Below, piece by piece: positions 12,401 through 25,043 of a stretch of DNA of 64,000 nt (positions are counted from its first letter, which is position 1; every line of letters begins with the position of its first letter). Both the position numbers and the translations under genes were made by a program. Source of the stretch: Squalus acanthias (Eukaryota); the NCBI GenBank assembly GCA_030390025.1, contig CM059432.1:44952001-45016000 (forward strand), read 5' to 3'. The notes beneath the pieces were generated by a model. The model did no database searches, was not told where the DNA came from, and saw only the letters and a program-made list of their open reading frames with translations.

Positions 12401-15400
12401 AAGTGGGAACGGTAGCGTAGTGGTAATATCACTGGGCTAGTAATCCAAAGGCCTGGACTAATGATCCAGAGACGTGAGCTCAAATCCCACCATGGCAGCT
12501 GGGGAATTTAAATTTAGTTAATTAAATAAATCTGGAATAAATACTAATATCAGTAATGGTAACCATGAAACTATCAGATTGTCGTAAAAACTCATCTGGT
12601 TCACTAATGTCCTTTAGGGAAGGAAATCTGCCGTCCTTACCTGGTCTGGCCTATATGTGACTCCAGACCCACAGCAATGTGGTTGACTCTTAACTGCCCT
12701 CTGAAATGGCCTAGCAAATCACTCAGTTGTAACTAACCGCTACAAAACAAAATAATAAGAATGAAACCAGACGGACCACCCGGCATCGACCTCGGCACCG
12801 GCTATGGACACGGCAACGGCACACCCAGCCCAGTCGACCCTGCAAAGTCCTCCTCACCAACATCTGGGGACTTGTGCCAAAATTGGGAGAGCTGTCACAC
12901 AGACTCGTCAAGCAACAGCCTGACATAGTCATGCTCACAGAATCATACCTTTCAGCCAATGTCCCAAACTCCTCCATCACCATCCCTGGGTATGACCTGT
13001 CCCACCGGCAGGACAGACCCACCAGGGGTGGTGGCACAGTGGTATACAGTCAGGAAGGAGTGGCCCTGGGAGGCCTCAACATTGACTCCGGACCCCATGA
13101 AGTCAAGCATGGGCAAGGAAACCTCCTGTTGATTACCACCTACCACCCTCCCTCAGCTGATGAATCAGTACTCCTCCATGTTGAACACTACTTGGAAGAA
13201 GCTGAGAGTAGCAAGGGCACAGAATGTATTCTGGGTGGGGGACTTCAATGTCCATCACAAGAGTGGCTCGGTAGCACCACTACTGACCGAGATGGCCGAG
13301 TCCTGAAGGACATAACTGCCACTCTGGGCCTGCGACACGAGGGAAAAATCTACTTGACCTCGTCCTCACCAATCTAATGTCGCAGATGCATCTGTCCATG
13401 ATGGTAGCAGTGAACACCGCACAGTCATTGTGGAGACGAAGTCCCGACTTCACACTGAGGACACCCTCCATTGTGTTGTATGGCACTACCACCATGCTAA
13501 ATGGGATGGATTCAGAACAGATCTAGCAGTTCAAAACTGGGCTTCCATGAGGCGCTGTGGGCCATTAGCAGCAGCAGAATTGTATTCCACCACAATCTGT
13601 AATCTCATGGCCTGGCATATCCCTCAATCTACCATTACCACCAAGCCAGGGGACCAACCCTGGTTCAACAAGGAGTGTAGAAGAGCATGCCAGGAGCAGC
13701 AGCAGGCGTACCTAAAAATGCGGTGCCAACCTGGGGAAGCTGCAACACAGGACTACATGCATGCTAAAAAGCGGAGACAGCATGCTATAGACAGGGCTAA
13801 GCGATCCCACAATCAATGGATCAGATCAAAGCTCTGCAGTCCTGCCACATCCAGTCGTGAATGGTGGTGGACCATTAAACATCTAACGGGAGGAGGAGGC
13901 TCCAAGAATATCCCCATCCTCAATAATGGTGGAGCCCAGCACATGAGTGCAAAAGACAAGGCTGAAGCGTTTGCAACCAACTTCAGCCAGAAGTGCCGAG
14001 TAGATGATCCATATCGGCCTACTCCCGAGGTCCCCACCATCACAGTAGCCAGTCTTCAGCCAATTCGATTCACTCCACATGATATCAAGAAACGGCTGAG
14101 CGCACTGGATACAGCAAAGGCTATGGGCCACGACAACATCCCGGCTATCGTGCTGAAGACTTGTGCTCCAGAACTAGCCGTGCCTCTAGCCAAGCTGTTC
14201 CAGTACAGCTACAACACTGGCATCTATCCGACAATGTGGAAAACTACCCTGTCCTGTCCACAAAAAGCAGGACAAATCCAACCCGGCCAATTACTGCCCC
14301 ATCAGTCTACTCTCAATCATCAGCAAAGTGATGGAAGGTGTCATCGACAGTGCTATCAAGTGGCACTTGCTCACTGATGCCCAGTTTGGGTTCCGCCAAG
14401 ACCACTCGGCTCCCGATCTCATTACAGCCTTGGTCCAAACATGGACAAAGGAGCTGAATTCCAGAGGTGAGGTGAGAGTGACTGCCCTTGACATCAAGGC
14501 AGCATTTGACCAAGTGTGGCATCAAGGAGCCCTCGTAAAACTGAAGTCAATGGGAATCAGGGGGAAAACACTCCACTCGCTGAGTCATACATAGCACAAA
14601 GGAAGATGGTTGTGGTGGGTGTAGGTCAATCATCACAGCCCCAGGACATCGCTGCAGGAGTTCCTCAGGGCAGTGTCCTAGGCCCAACCATCTTCAGCTG
14701 CTTCATCAATGAGCTTCCCTCCAACATAAGGTCAGAAATGTGGATGTTCGCTGATGACTGCACAGTGTCCAGCGCCATTCACAACTCCTCAGATAATGAA
14801 GCAGTCCATGCCCGCATGCAACAAGACCTGGACAACGTTCAGGCTTGGGCTGATAAGTGGCAGGTAACATTCGTGCCACAGAAGTGCCAGGCAATGACTA
14901 TCTCCAACAAGTGAGAGTCTAACCACCTCCCCTTCACATTCAATGGCATTACCATTGCCGAATCCCCCACTTTCAACATCCTGGGGGTCACCATTAATCA
15001 GAAACTTAACTCGGCCAGATACATAAATACTGTGGCATCAAGAGCAGGTCAGAGGCTAGGTATTCTGCGGCGAGTGTCCCACCTCCTGACTCCCCAAAGT
15101 CTTTCCACCATCTACAAGGCACAAGTAAGGAGTGTGATGGAATACTCTCCACTTGCCTGGATGAGTGCAGCTCCAACAACACTCAGGAAGCTCGACACCA
15201 TCCAGGACAAAGCAGCCGCTTGATTGGCACCCCATCCACCACCTTAAACATTCACTCCCTCCACCACCAGCGTACCGTGGCTGCAGTGTGTACCATCTAC
15301 AAGATGCACTGCAGCAACTCGCCAAGGCTTCTTCAGCAGCACCTCCCAAATCCGCGACATCTTCCACCTAGAAGGACAAGGGCAGCAGGCGCATGGGAAC

Positions 15401-15650
15401 ACCACCAGCTCTAAGTTCCCCTCCAAGTCACACACCATCCTGGCTTAGAAGTATATTGCCGATCCTTCATCGTCGCTGGGTCAAAATCCTGGAACTCCCT
15501 CCCTAACAGCACTTTGGGAGTACCATCACCACAGGGACTGCAGTGGTTCAAGAAGGCGGCTCACCACCACCTTCTCAAGGGCAACTAGGGATGGGCAATA
15601 AATGCTGGCCTTGCCAGCGACGCCCAGATCCCATAAACAAATTAAAAAAA
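12401..15650 (+). mobile_element. Near full-length single-ORF non-LTR retrotransposon (CR1-group, L2/Crack/Daphne-like) with a tRNA-derived 5' head
   Basis: A box TAGCGTAGTGG (12413) and B-box-like GAGCTCAAATCC (12477), then APE and RT, then an A-rich end. Possible TSD ACAT at 12397-12400 and 15651-15654. Confidence 0.9.
12733..15588 (+). pseudogene. Frameshifted APE endonuclease + reverse transcriptase ORF of the tRNA-headed LINE
   Basis: Motifs across frames: [69 protein letters not shown]. Stop TAG at 15586-15588. Confidence 0.9.
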
Positions 15651-16159
15651 ACATCTCAAAGGAAAGAGTGAAAATTAAAAAGGCATAAGATTTTTTTTTA
15701 AATGCAGCAGAGCCATATTTATTTTATGCTAGGATACTGAAGGAAGTGGAAAAGTTGTGACTGATGACCTAATAAATATTTTGGGGGAAATGCCAGATGA
15801 TTGCAGGAAGGCACCTGCAGTGTTATTTTTTTTAAAGGATTAAAATCACAACCTGGGAACAATAGACCTGTGAGTTTAACCTCCGTGATGGGAGGTTACT
15901 AAAAAACATCATTAGAGATATTGTAAATGATCATGTAGAATTGTGAGGCTTGATGGGGGATACTCAACATGCATTAAGAAAACAAAGATCATGTTTAACA
16001 AACCTGCTCCACTAAGAAGTCACTAAAACAGTGGCTCAAAGAAATCCAATAGATGTCTTCAAGATTTTCCAAAAAGCTTTCAATGAAATGCCTCATGAGG
16101 CATTGTGTGCTAAATTGAAGTCCTATGGTGTCATGGGTGAGATGGTAAGATGGACCAGG

Positions 16160-16648
16160 CAGGTGGGAAGTTGAAATCCCGTAGGTCAGTAGCCTGCCCT
16201 GCAGCCTCCGGTGCCTGAACTGCCAGGATTTTCACATAGGTGGCAAGGGCGCCTGCCCAAAGCCCTTTTTAGTATATGTATGTTGAGTTTCGATGACGTC
16301 ATCGGGACCTGACTGCTATTTTTGTTGGCCTGAGTGGGAAACGTCAGTGAGTTTCCCCATCAGGTCTACCCAGCGAGGGTAAAAGAAACCCCAAAAGCTA
16401 AGTATAAAGGTCAGCAGGAGTGGGGATCCCCACGGAACAGCCCAGCAGCCGATCCTGGGAACTTACCTGGACTTGGTAGGTGGCATCCCGGCTGCGTGAA
16501 TTTGTGCCACTTTCCGCTGACCAGCCAGCGGCATTTAAATGCTCCGAAGTTAAATACCTCGGGCCTCATTTTTGCTGCAGCGGGTGAGTTTTGAACTAAC
16601 AGCAAAACTCACCCGCCAAGAATTGTCCTTCCAGTTAAAATCAGGGTC
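16160..16648. mobile_element. Partial GC-rich Harbinger-like MITE
   Basis: Ends GTTAAAATCAGGGTC, resembling the other TIR ends. It interrupts the old CR1. Confidence 0.45.
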
Positions 16649-16659
16649 ATGGGTTCAAT

Positions 16660-16835
16660 TCCCCAGCGGTGCTTAACTGGTAACGCCATCACCTTTAGTT
16701 CATAAGGTCGTGGGTTTGAGTCCCACACAAGAATTTGAGTGCATTATCTAGGCTGACACCCCAGTGAAGTGTTGTATTATCAGAGGTGCTGTCTTCCATA
16801 TGAGAGGTTAAAACAAGGTTCTGTCTGCTTGTTTC
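16660..16835 (+). mobile_element. 5' part of a SacSINE1-like SINE
   Basis: GGGTTTGAGTCCCAC B box followed by GAGGTGCTGTCTTCCATATGAGAGGTTAAAAC. Confidence 0.6.
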
Positions 16836-17109
16836 AATGGCGGTTGAAAGCTGCAATCGGAGGACAGTAGGTTTAATATACTGAAAGGATGACATTAAAT
16901 GGATTCAGACTATCTTTATCCAAATTGATCTTTTAAACTAATCTCAATGTTCCACAACTATTACTCATTTGTCTTGTCAGACACACCACTATCACTTACT
17001 TGTTCCCATGACACTTTGTATAATATTGAGAATTGAGAAAGTTAGGAAAAGGACCCGTAATGCATGTCACCACCAAGGTTGAAAAAAGTAGAAGAGAAGA
17101 TGAGGTAAG

Positions 17110-18226
17110 TCCTGATATATATTAATGACTTGGGGGGAAAAATTCGTTTGATTTGCACCTTCCGTTAGCAGTTCAAGAGGGTGCTAATGGAGCACAAAGC
17201 AACTAGCGCCCGGGCGTGGTGCCGCTTATGCCTCCTGCAAAACTCAGCGGGAGGGTAGCAGCAGCGGTAACCATTAGCGCCCGCGGCGCTGCGCCTCCGA
17301 CCATGACGTAATCACCGTGCGCAGCGCCCCGCTCATGCCCCGGCCACGATCTTCGGTAGCGCCCTCTGAGTTACCTCGGGATGCTGTGTCCGACAGGGTC
17401 AGGGGGGCATACATGCAGCTGGGGCGGGGATAATTAAAGGGGAGGTGCCAGGTGGCCATTTTTGTTGCTGGCCGCCTGCCAGCACCTGCCCCCGTTGCTG
17501 TCCCCGGCCTCCTGTGAAGCCCCCACTGCAGGGTGCCGGCTGCGCTCCATGAGCCTGGCACTCCTCTTGAGTGCCGGGCTCTTTTGCTGACACTCCGATC
17601 CCTGGTGATCCAGCTGGGCCCCGGATTGCGCTGCGCAAGACCCCTCCCCTTTAATAAGGGGAGGACGGCCTGCAGTACCGCGGTGCGACGTGCCGCAGCA
17701 CATGGTGCTGTGGCACGTAGCGCCGCGATATTCACTGGTAGCGCCCCAAGAGGGAGGGGGAGTGCTTCCAGTAGCGCCCCACCTCCCTCTTAAGGTGCTA
17801 CCAGTGAATTTTGGGCACGGGGGCGCTAACTTTTCGGGGCACTAAAAGTAGTTAGCTAAAAGTTAGCGTCCCAAATGGGGCATGACCCAATTTTGCCCCC
17901 TTGGACTTAGGTGCACAGGGCACTATTTCAAAATTTGCAGATGACACAAAACTTGGAAGTATAGTGAACAGTGAGGAGGATAGGGATAGACTTCAAGAGG
18001 ACGTAGACAAGCTGGTGGAATGGGCGAACAGGTGGCAGATGAAGTTTAAAGCAGAAATGTACGAAGTGATACATTTTGGTAGGAAGAACGAGGACAGGCA
18101 ATATAAACTAAAGGATACAGTTCTAAAGGGGGAGCAGGAACAGAGAGACCTGGGGGTGTATGTGCACAAATCGTTGAAGATGGCAGGACAGGTTGAGAAA
18201 GCGGTTAAAAAAGCATAAGGGATCCC
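17110..18226 (+). mobile_element. CR1 RT fragment (family B) split by a MITE
   Basis: IYIND | LDLGAQGTISKFADDTKLG, nearly identical to 44185-44530. Confidence 0.85.
17132..17899. mobile_element. GC-rich Harbinger-like MITE
   Basis: GGGGGGAAAAATT...AATTTTGCCCC, inserted in the CR1 sequence GACTT|GGAC with a CTT (or TT) duplication. Confidence 0.8.
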
Positions 18227-19528
18227 CATCACTCTGCCTTCCCAAGCCTACTCCTGCACATCATTCCTCACACCAACATACCTTCCAGGTCCACACATCC
18301 CTCTCTCAATATGTACATACTCACATTCCCATCTGACTAGCCATCCCTCACATTCACCCTCATCCTAATGCAATCATAACACAGAAGGAGGCCATTTGGC
18401 ATTGGCACCCCACTTCCTCATCGTCACCCTCTACAGATGTAATCCTTACACTCATTCCATCCCTCTCACTCAAACTTCTCTTGTTTCCCTCCTTGCAGGA
18501 GAAAAGAGCCCACAACAACAGAGAGAGGGAGAGAACCGGAGGTGGCCGTCCAGTAATTGCACACCTTACAGCAGCAGAGGAGGCAGCTCTGGAGATCTTG
18601 GGAGCTCGAGAGGCGTTGCCTGTGGGAGATGGCGAGAGGGGGACCTCCCAGCAACCTGGTGACAGAATCACTTCTCATAAAGTCACATGGCATACAACAG
18701 TCACCCATAGGGTGAATGATATAAGTATCCAGTGAAATGTCATCATGTGCATAATGGTAATGTTACCCATTCTTATTATAACAATTCTAATTCATCTCTT
18801 TACTCTCCCACAGGTCCATCAACTGCCACACCCACTGTCCAGCCGGAGGAGGAAGACGACTCCTCAAGGGAACATCCAGCCTCCAAGGGTGCAGCGTCAG
18901 CAGACCCAAGTGCACCCAGCACCAGCGTAGACACATAGAAACATAGAAGATAGGAGCAGGAGTAGGCCATTCGGCCCCTCGAGCCTGTTCCGCCATTTAA
19001 TGAGATCATGGCTGATCATCCAAATTCAGTACCCTGTCCCTGCTTTCTCCCCATATCCCTTGATCCCTTTAACCTTAAGAAATATATCTAACTCCTTCTT
19101 GAATATATTTAATGAATTGGCCTCAACTGCCTTCTGTGGTAGAGAATTCCACAGGTTCACCACTCCCTGGGTGAAGAAATTCCTCCTCATCACAGTCCGA
19201 AATGGCTTACCCCTTATCCTTAGACTGTAACCCCTGGTTCTGGACTCCCCCACCATCGGGAACATCCTTTCTGCATCTAGTCTGTCTAGTCCTGTTAGAA
19301 TTTTATAAGTTTCAATGAGATCTCCTCTCATTCTTCTAAACTCTAGCGAATATAAGCCTAATCGACCCAATCTCTCTTCATACGTCATTCCTGCCATCCC
19401 AGGTATCTGTCTGGTGAATCTTCGCTGCACTCCCCAATGGCAAGAACATCCTTCCTCAGATAAGGTGACCAAAACTGCACACAATACTCAAGGTGTGGTC
19501 TCACCAAGGCCCTGTACAACTGCAGCAA

Positions 19529-19658
19529 TGATGCGGAGATGCCGGTGTTGGACTGGGGTGGACAAAATTGAGAGGTCGCACAACACCAGGTTATAGTCCA
19601 ACAGTTTTATTTGAAATCACAAGCTTTCGGAGCTATCGATTGCTCCTTCCTCAGGTGA
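19529..19658 (-). mobile_element. Short Penelope terminal fragment with a hammerhead motif
   Basis: AGCAA duplication at 19524-19528 and 19659-19663 relative to the uninterrupted CR1 sequence at ~54720. The minus strand reads TCAC-CTGAGGA-AGGAGC..GCTCC-GAAA-GCTT-GTGA. Confidence 0.8.
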
Positions 19659-20011
19659 AGCAAGACATCCTTGCTCCTGTACTCGAATCCTCTCACTATG
19701 AAGGCCGACATACCATTTGCCTTCTTAACTGCCTGCTGCACCTACTTGTTTACCTTCAGCAACTGGTGTACAAGGACACCCAGGTCTCGTTGCACTTCCA
19801 CTTTTCCCAATCTATTGCCGTTCAGATAATAATCTGTCTTCCTGTTTTTGCCACCAAAGTGGATAACCTCGCATTTATCCACATTATACTGCATCTGCCA
19901 TGCATCTGCCCAATCACCCAACCTGTCCAAATCATACTGGAGTTTCTCTGCATCCTCCTCACAGCACACACGCCCACCCAGTTTTGTGTCGTCTGCAAAC
20001 TTGGAGATAAT

Positions 20012-20754
20012 GGCCCGAAAATTAGACCTAATACGCGAGAGTACGCACTGTGTACTCTCGCGTTTTAGGTCTCCAATTGTCGGTTTCCAGCATGCACTGC
20101 GCATGCGCGGGAAACCGGCACTTCGTGAACTCAAAAGGGGGCGGTTCCTAAGTGAACCGCGTGTGCGCTACTGGCTGCGCGCACGCAGTGCACTTAGTGC
20201 TTTGAACGCACAGGTAAGCATGGAAGATTTTGCACATAAAGAAAGGAGGCGTAAGACCCTCTTTAAACAAGGTAAGTAGTTAATTAAGTATTATTTTAAA
20301 ATTTTTCAACAGGTTTATCTTTTTTAGAGACTTTAAAGAAAGGTAAGTTTATTTTTATAACTTTTAAAAAGATTTTAAATTTTTTCAAAAATTTAATTTT
20401 TTGTTTAAAGTGGTTAATTTATTTAACTATACTTATTTTATTAATGTGATGGCTTTTAAAAAAAATTTAATTGAGGTTTAGCTGTTCTTTTGGGGGGGTA
20501 TAGATTCATAGCTTTGACAGGTCTTCCTGTCAAAACTATGAATGAAAGATGGTGTGCTGCCATTGGCTCTAACTGAATCACGTGATCCCAGAGCTCGCAC
20601 GAACTAACTGCGTCTCTGGCTCACGCAAGCACTGCACAGCTGCAGCCTTGAAACTAAAGTTCGTGTGAGCCCGGAGGGAAAAGGTAGGCGCGCAGTGAGA
20701 TATCGCGGGGAAGCCTTACCCCCGCAGGAACGCTCCGTGTTTAATTTCTGGGCC
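20012..20754 (+). mobile_element. ~765-bp MITE family, copy 3
   Basis: GGCCCGAAAATT...AATTTCTGGGCC with AAT/ATT flanks. The empty site GGAGATATTAC is visible in the CR1 at ~55066. Confidence 0.9.
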
Positions 20755-22703
20755 ATTACATCTAGTTCCCTCGTATAGATCATTAATATATATTGTGAAT
20801 AGCTGGGGTCCTAGCACCGATCCCTGCGGTACCCCACTAGTCACTGCCTGCCACTTGGAAAAAGACCCGTTTATTCCAACTCTTTGCTTCCTGTCTGCCA
20901 ACCAGTTCTCTATCCAAGTCAGTACCTTACCCCCAATCCCATGTGCATTAACTTTGCATGTTAAGCTCTTATGCAGGACCTTATTGAAAGCCTTCTGAAA
21001 GTCCAAATACACCACATCCACTGGTTCTCCCTTATCTATTCTACCAGTTACATCCTCAAAAAATTCCAGTAGATTAGTCAAGCATGATTTCCCTTTTGTA
21101 AATCCATGTTGACTTTGTCTGATCCTGTCACTGTTTTCCAAGTGCTCTGCAATTAGATCTTTTATAATGGACTCTAGCATTTTCCCCACTACCGATGTCA
21201 GGCTTACCGGTCTATAATTCCCCGTTTTCTCTCTACCATCTTTTTTAAATAGTGTGTTTACATTAGCTACCCTCCAATCCATGGGAACTGTTCCAGAGTC
21301 TTTAGAATTTTGGAAGATGACTAGCAATGCATCTATTATTTCTCGGGCAACTTCCTTAAGTACCCTGGGATGTAGATTATCAGGCCCTGGGGATTTATCG
21401 GCCTTCAATCCCATCCATTTCCCTAACACCATTTCCCTACAAATACTGATTTCATTCAATTCCTCCCTCTCATTAGATCCTATGTTCCCCAACATCTCTG
21501 GGAGGTTATTTGTGTCCTCCTTTGTGAAGACAGAACCAAAGTATGTATTTAATTGGTCAGCCATTTCTTTGTTCCCCATTATAAATTCCACTGATTCTGA
21601 CTGCAAGGGACCTATGCTTGACTTCACCAATCTTTTTCTCTTCACATATCTATAGAAGCTTTTACAGTTAGTTGTTATGTTCCCTGAAAGCTTACTCTCA
21701 TATTCTATTTTCCCCCTCTTAATTAATCCCTTTGTCCTCCTGTGCTGAATCCTAAACTGCTCCCAATCCTCAGGTTTGCTGCTTTTTCTGGCCAATTTAT
21801 ATGTCCTCTCCTTGGATCTTATGCTATCCCTAATTTCCCTTGTTAGCCACGGTTGAGTCACCTTTTTTGTTTTATTTTTATGCCAAACAGGAATGAACAA
21901 ATTCTGTAGTTCATCCATGCGATCTTTAAATGTTTGCCATTGCCTATCCACCGTCAACCCTTTAAGTAACGCTCCCCAATCCATCCTAGCCAACTCGCGC
22001 CTCATACCATCATAGTTTCCTTTATTTAAATTCAGGACCCTAGACTCTGAGTCAACTACTTCACTCTCCATCTTAATGAAGAATTCTATCATATTATGAT
22101 CGATCCTCCCCAAGGAGCCTCGACAACAAGATTGCTAATTAATCCTTTCTCATTACATAATACCCAGTCTAAGATGGCCTGATCTCTAGTTGTTTCCTCG
22201 ACATATTCGTCCAGCAAACCATTCCGTATACACTCTAGGAATTCCTCCTCTACAGTATTGTTACTAATTTGGTTAGCCCATTCTATATGTAGATTAAAGT
22301 CACCATGATAACTGCTGTGCCCTTATTGCACACGTCTCTAATTTCCCGTTTAATGCCATACCCAACCTCAGCATTACTGTTTGGGGGTCTGTATACAACT
22401 CCCATTGACATTTTCTGCCCCATGGTATTTCTCAGCTCTACCCATACAGATTCCACATCATCAGAGCTAATATGCTTCCTTACTATTGTGTTAATCTCCT
22501 CTTTAACCAGCAATGCTACCCCACCTCCTTTTCCTTTTTGCCTGTCCTTCCTGAATATTGAATACCCCTGGATGTTGAATTCCCAGCCTTGGTCACCCTG
22601 GAGCCATGTCTCCGTAATCCCAATTATATCATATCCGTTTACATCTATTTGCGCAGCTAATTCATCCACCTTATTACGAATGCTCCTCGCATTAAGACAC
22701 AAA

Positions 22704-23594
22704 GGGGGAAAAATACAGTATCACCCCATTTGGGGCGCAATTATCGGCTGTCGCAAAGTTTAGCATCTGGTGCTAATTATCACCTCCGACTGCAAACTTG
22801 GCTTTTATCGCCCCTGGAGGTGATTGGAGCGCTAAATCAGGCGATGCACACCTGTCTTAAGGCGCAAAGGCCGAGGAGCGAGGCACTACCTCAGAGTGCT
22901 GGCGAAGCTCATGTGATGTCAGTCAGCAATGGAACACAGACACACTGGCACTGGCCAGTTCTTAAAGGGGAGGGTTGATCTTGCTCTCCATCCACATCCT
23001 GCTCATTGCAGTCTTGAATCTTGGCCTGGAGAGACCTGTACATCAAATCTGCTGGAAAGAACAATGGAGAGCACCAGGGAAAGAGCTCAGAGTGCAGCCC
23101 CCACAGTCTCTTCTAAATAGATGCAAGGAAGGGCAAATCAAAATGAACCTGCAAAGTGCTGCTCAGTACCCAAAACTCCTTCACACAGCGTTGAAACTCT
23201 TCAGAAGTCTCTCTCTCTCTCTCAGAAAGCGTGGTGCAAAAATGTCACCAACAAAAAAAGGTAGGAAGCGTTCGCCTTTAAATAGCACTCCCCCAGTCCC
23301 TTCCTGACTGCAAAACGCTCCCCTCAACCTGTCGTTGCTAGCGGCAGGCGGTAAGGCAGGGGGCGCCACTCAATATCCGCTCCGGGGCGCTACCAGGGCA
23401 TTGCGCACTCGACTGACATCACGATCTGCCGGCGCAGGAGAACGTGGCAGTAGCATTTAGCACCTTCGCAAAATGTCTGGTCAGTTTCGCGAGAGGCGCA
23501 GATATCGCCGCGCCCGGGCACTAGTTGCTTTGCACCCCATTAATGCCCTCTTAAGGCACTAACGGGAGGCGCAAACCAACTGAATTTTTCCCCC
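22704..23594 (+). mobile_element. Harbinger deletion derivative/MITE
   Basis: TIR GGGGGAAAAAT...ATTTTTCCCCC with AAA TSD. Retains the Myb-gene-like start MESTRERA. Confidence 0.88.
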
Positions 23595-23780
23595 AAAGCC
23601 TTCAGGCTTGTTTTTTTAACACTCTTAGTCCTTTTAGAATTATTATTTACTGTAGCCCTGTTTGATTTACACCCTTGATTTCTCTGCCTTCCACTTTTGC
23701 TTTTCTCCTTCCTGTCTTTTGTTTCTATCCTTGCTTCCCTTTCCTCTGTCTCCTGCACAGGTTCCCAACCCCCTGCCATT

Positions 23781-24731
23781 TTAGTTTAAACCCTCCCCAA
23801 CAGCACTAGCAAACACTCCCCCTAGGACATCGGTCCCGGTCCTGCCCAGGTGCAAACCGTCCAGTTTGTACTGGTCCCACCTCCCCCAGAACCGGTTCCA
23901 ATGTCCCAGGAATTTGAATCCCTCCCCCTTGCATCATTCTTCTACCCATGTATTCATCTGAAATATCCTTTTATTTCTACTCTGACTAGCACGTGGCACT
24001 GGTAGCAATCCTGAGATTACTACCTTTGAGGTCCTATTTTTTAATTTACCTCCTCACTCCCTATATTCAGCTTTTAGGACCTCATCCCATTTTTTACCTA
24101 TATCGTTGGTACCTATATGCACCACGACAACTGGCTGTTCACCCTCCCCCTCCAGAATGCCCTGTAGCTGCCCCAAGACATCCTAAACCCTTGCACCAGG
24201 GAGGCAACATACCATCCTGGAGTCTCGTTTGCGGCCGCAGAAACGCCAATCTATTCCCCTTACAATAGAACCCCCTATCACGATAGCTCTCCCACTCTTT
24301 CTCCTCCCGTCCTGAGCAACAGAACCACCCTTGGTGCCAGGAAGTTGGTTGCTGCTGCCTTCCCCCAATAAGCCATCTCCCTCAACAATATCCAATGTGG
24401 TATATCTGTTTGAGAGGGGGATGGCCACAGGGGACCCCTGCACTACCTGCCTGCGCCTACTACTCTGCCTGGCGGTCACCCATTCCCTTCCTGCCTGTGC
24501 AGCCTTTACCTGCGGTGTGACCACCTCATTAAACGTGCGATCCACGATGTCCTCAGCATCGCGAATGCTCCAGTATGTATCCATTCACAGCTCCAGCGCC
24601 GCAATGCGGTCTGCCAGTAGCTGCAGCTGGATACACTTCCCGCACACATGGTCGTCAGGGACACAGGAAGTGTCCCTGATTTCCCACATAGTGCAGGAGG
24701 AGCATGCCACCGAGCCGAGCTGTGCTGCCAT
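23781..24731 (-). pseudogene. CR1 ORF1 (zinc finger/leucine zipper + SGNH esterase-like), with internal stops
   Basis: MAAQLGSVACSSCTMW..CGKCIQLQLLADRIAALE; IPLSNRY; AIVIGGSIVRG; VCCLPGARV; ends GEGLN*. Confidence 0.85.
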
Positions 24732-25043
24732 GACTTACCCTTTCATTAATTTAAATTAAATTAAATCCAATCAATACCACTAATTACACTACAATTAAAT
24801 GATATACTCAAGGGCCCTTGTTTACTAGCACTCCCCGATACACAACAGAGACCTTAGAAACTATAACCACAAAAATTAAGACCTTCTAAACTTTATAAAC
24901 TATTAACCTTAACTGTCAAACTATAGAGTAGTATAAATACTCACCTGGCCGTACTCACCCAATCAGCTGCTTTCTCTTGCCTGCGTCACTTTTTGAATCA
25001 TGACGTGGCTCTGGAACACCGCCGCCGGTCTGCGAGATTGGTA

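Larger units (their letters stand above)
9560..16155 (+). mobile_element. Ancient, heavily degraded CR1 LINE (ORF1 coiled-coil/esterase plus ORF2 APE/RT remnants) broken by younger insertions
   Basis: CEQVATLKETVVRL (ORF1 N-terminus); ITVHVGTNNI (SGNH esterase block, 10481-10753); an APE-start-like sequence at ~11080; MGDFNY at ~11432; RPVSLTSV at ~15864. The span includes nested elements. Confidence 0.7.
19026..23630 (-). pseudogene. CR1 ORF2 (APE + RT), disrupted
   Basis: [65 protein letters not shown]. Confidence 0.93.

Noticed and set aside
12405..12510. Functional tRNA gene
   Set aside because: A and B boxes are present, but I see no convincing cloverleaf and no T-run terminator, and the sequence is fused to a LINE in two copies.
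21254..22763. Plus-strand ORFs over CR1 (also at 55633, 56470, 58656 and others)
   Set aside because: They are antisense shadows of RT/APE frames and recur in each copy.
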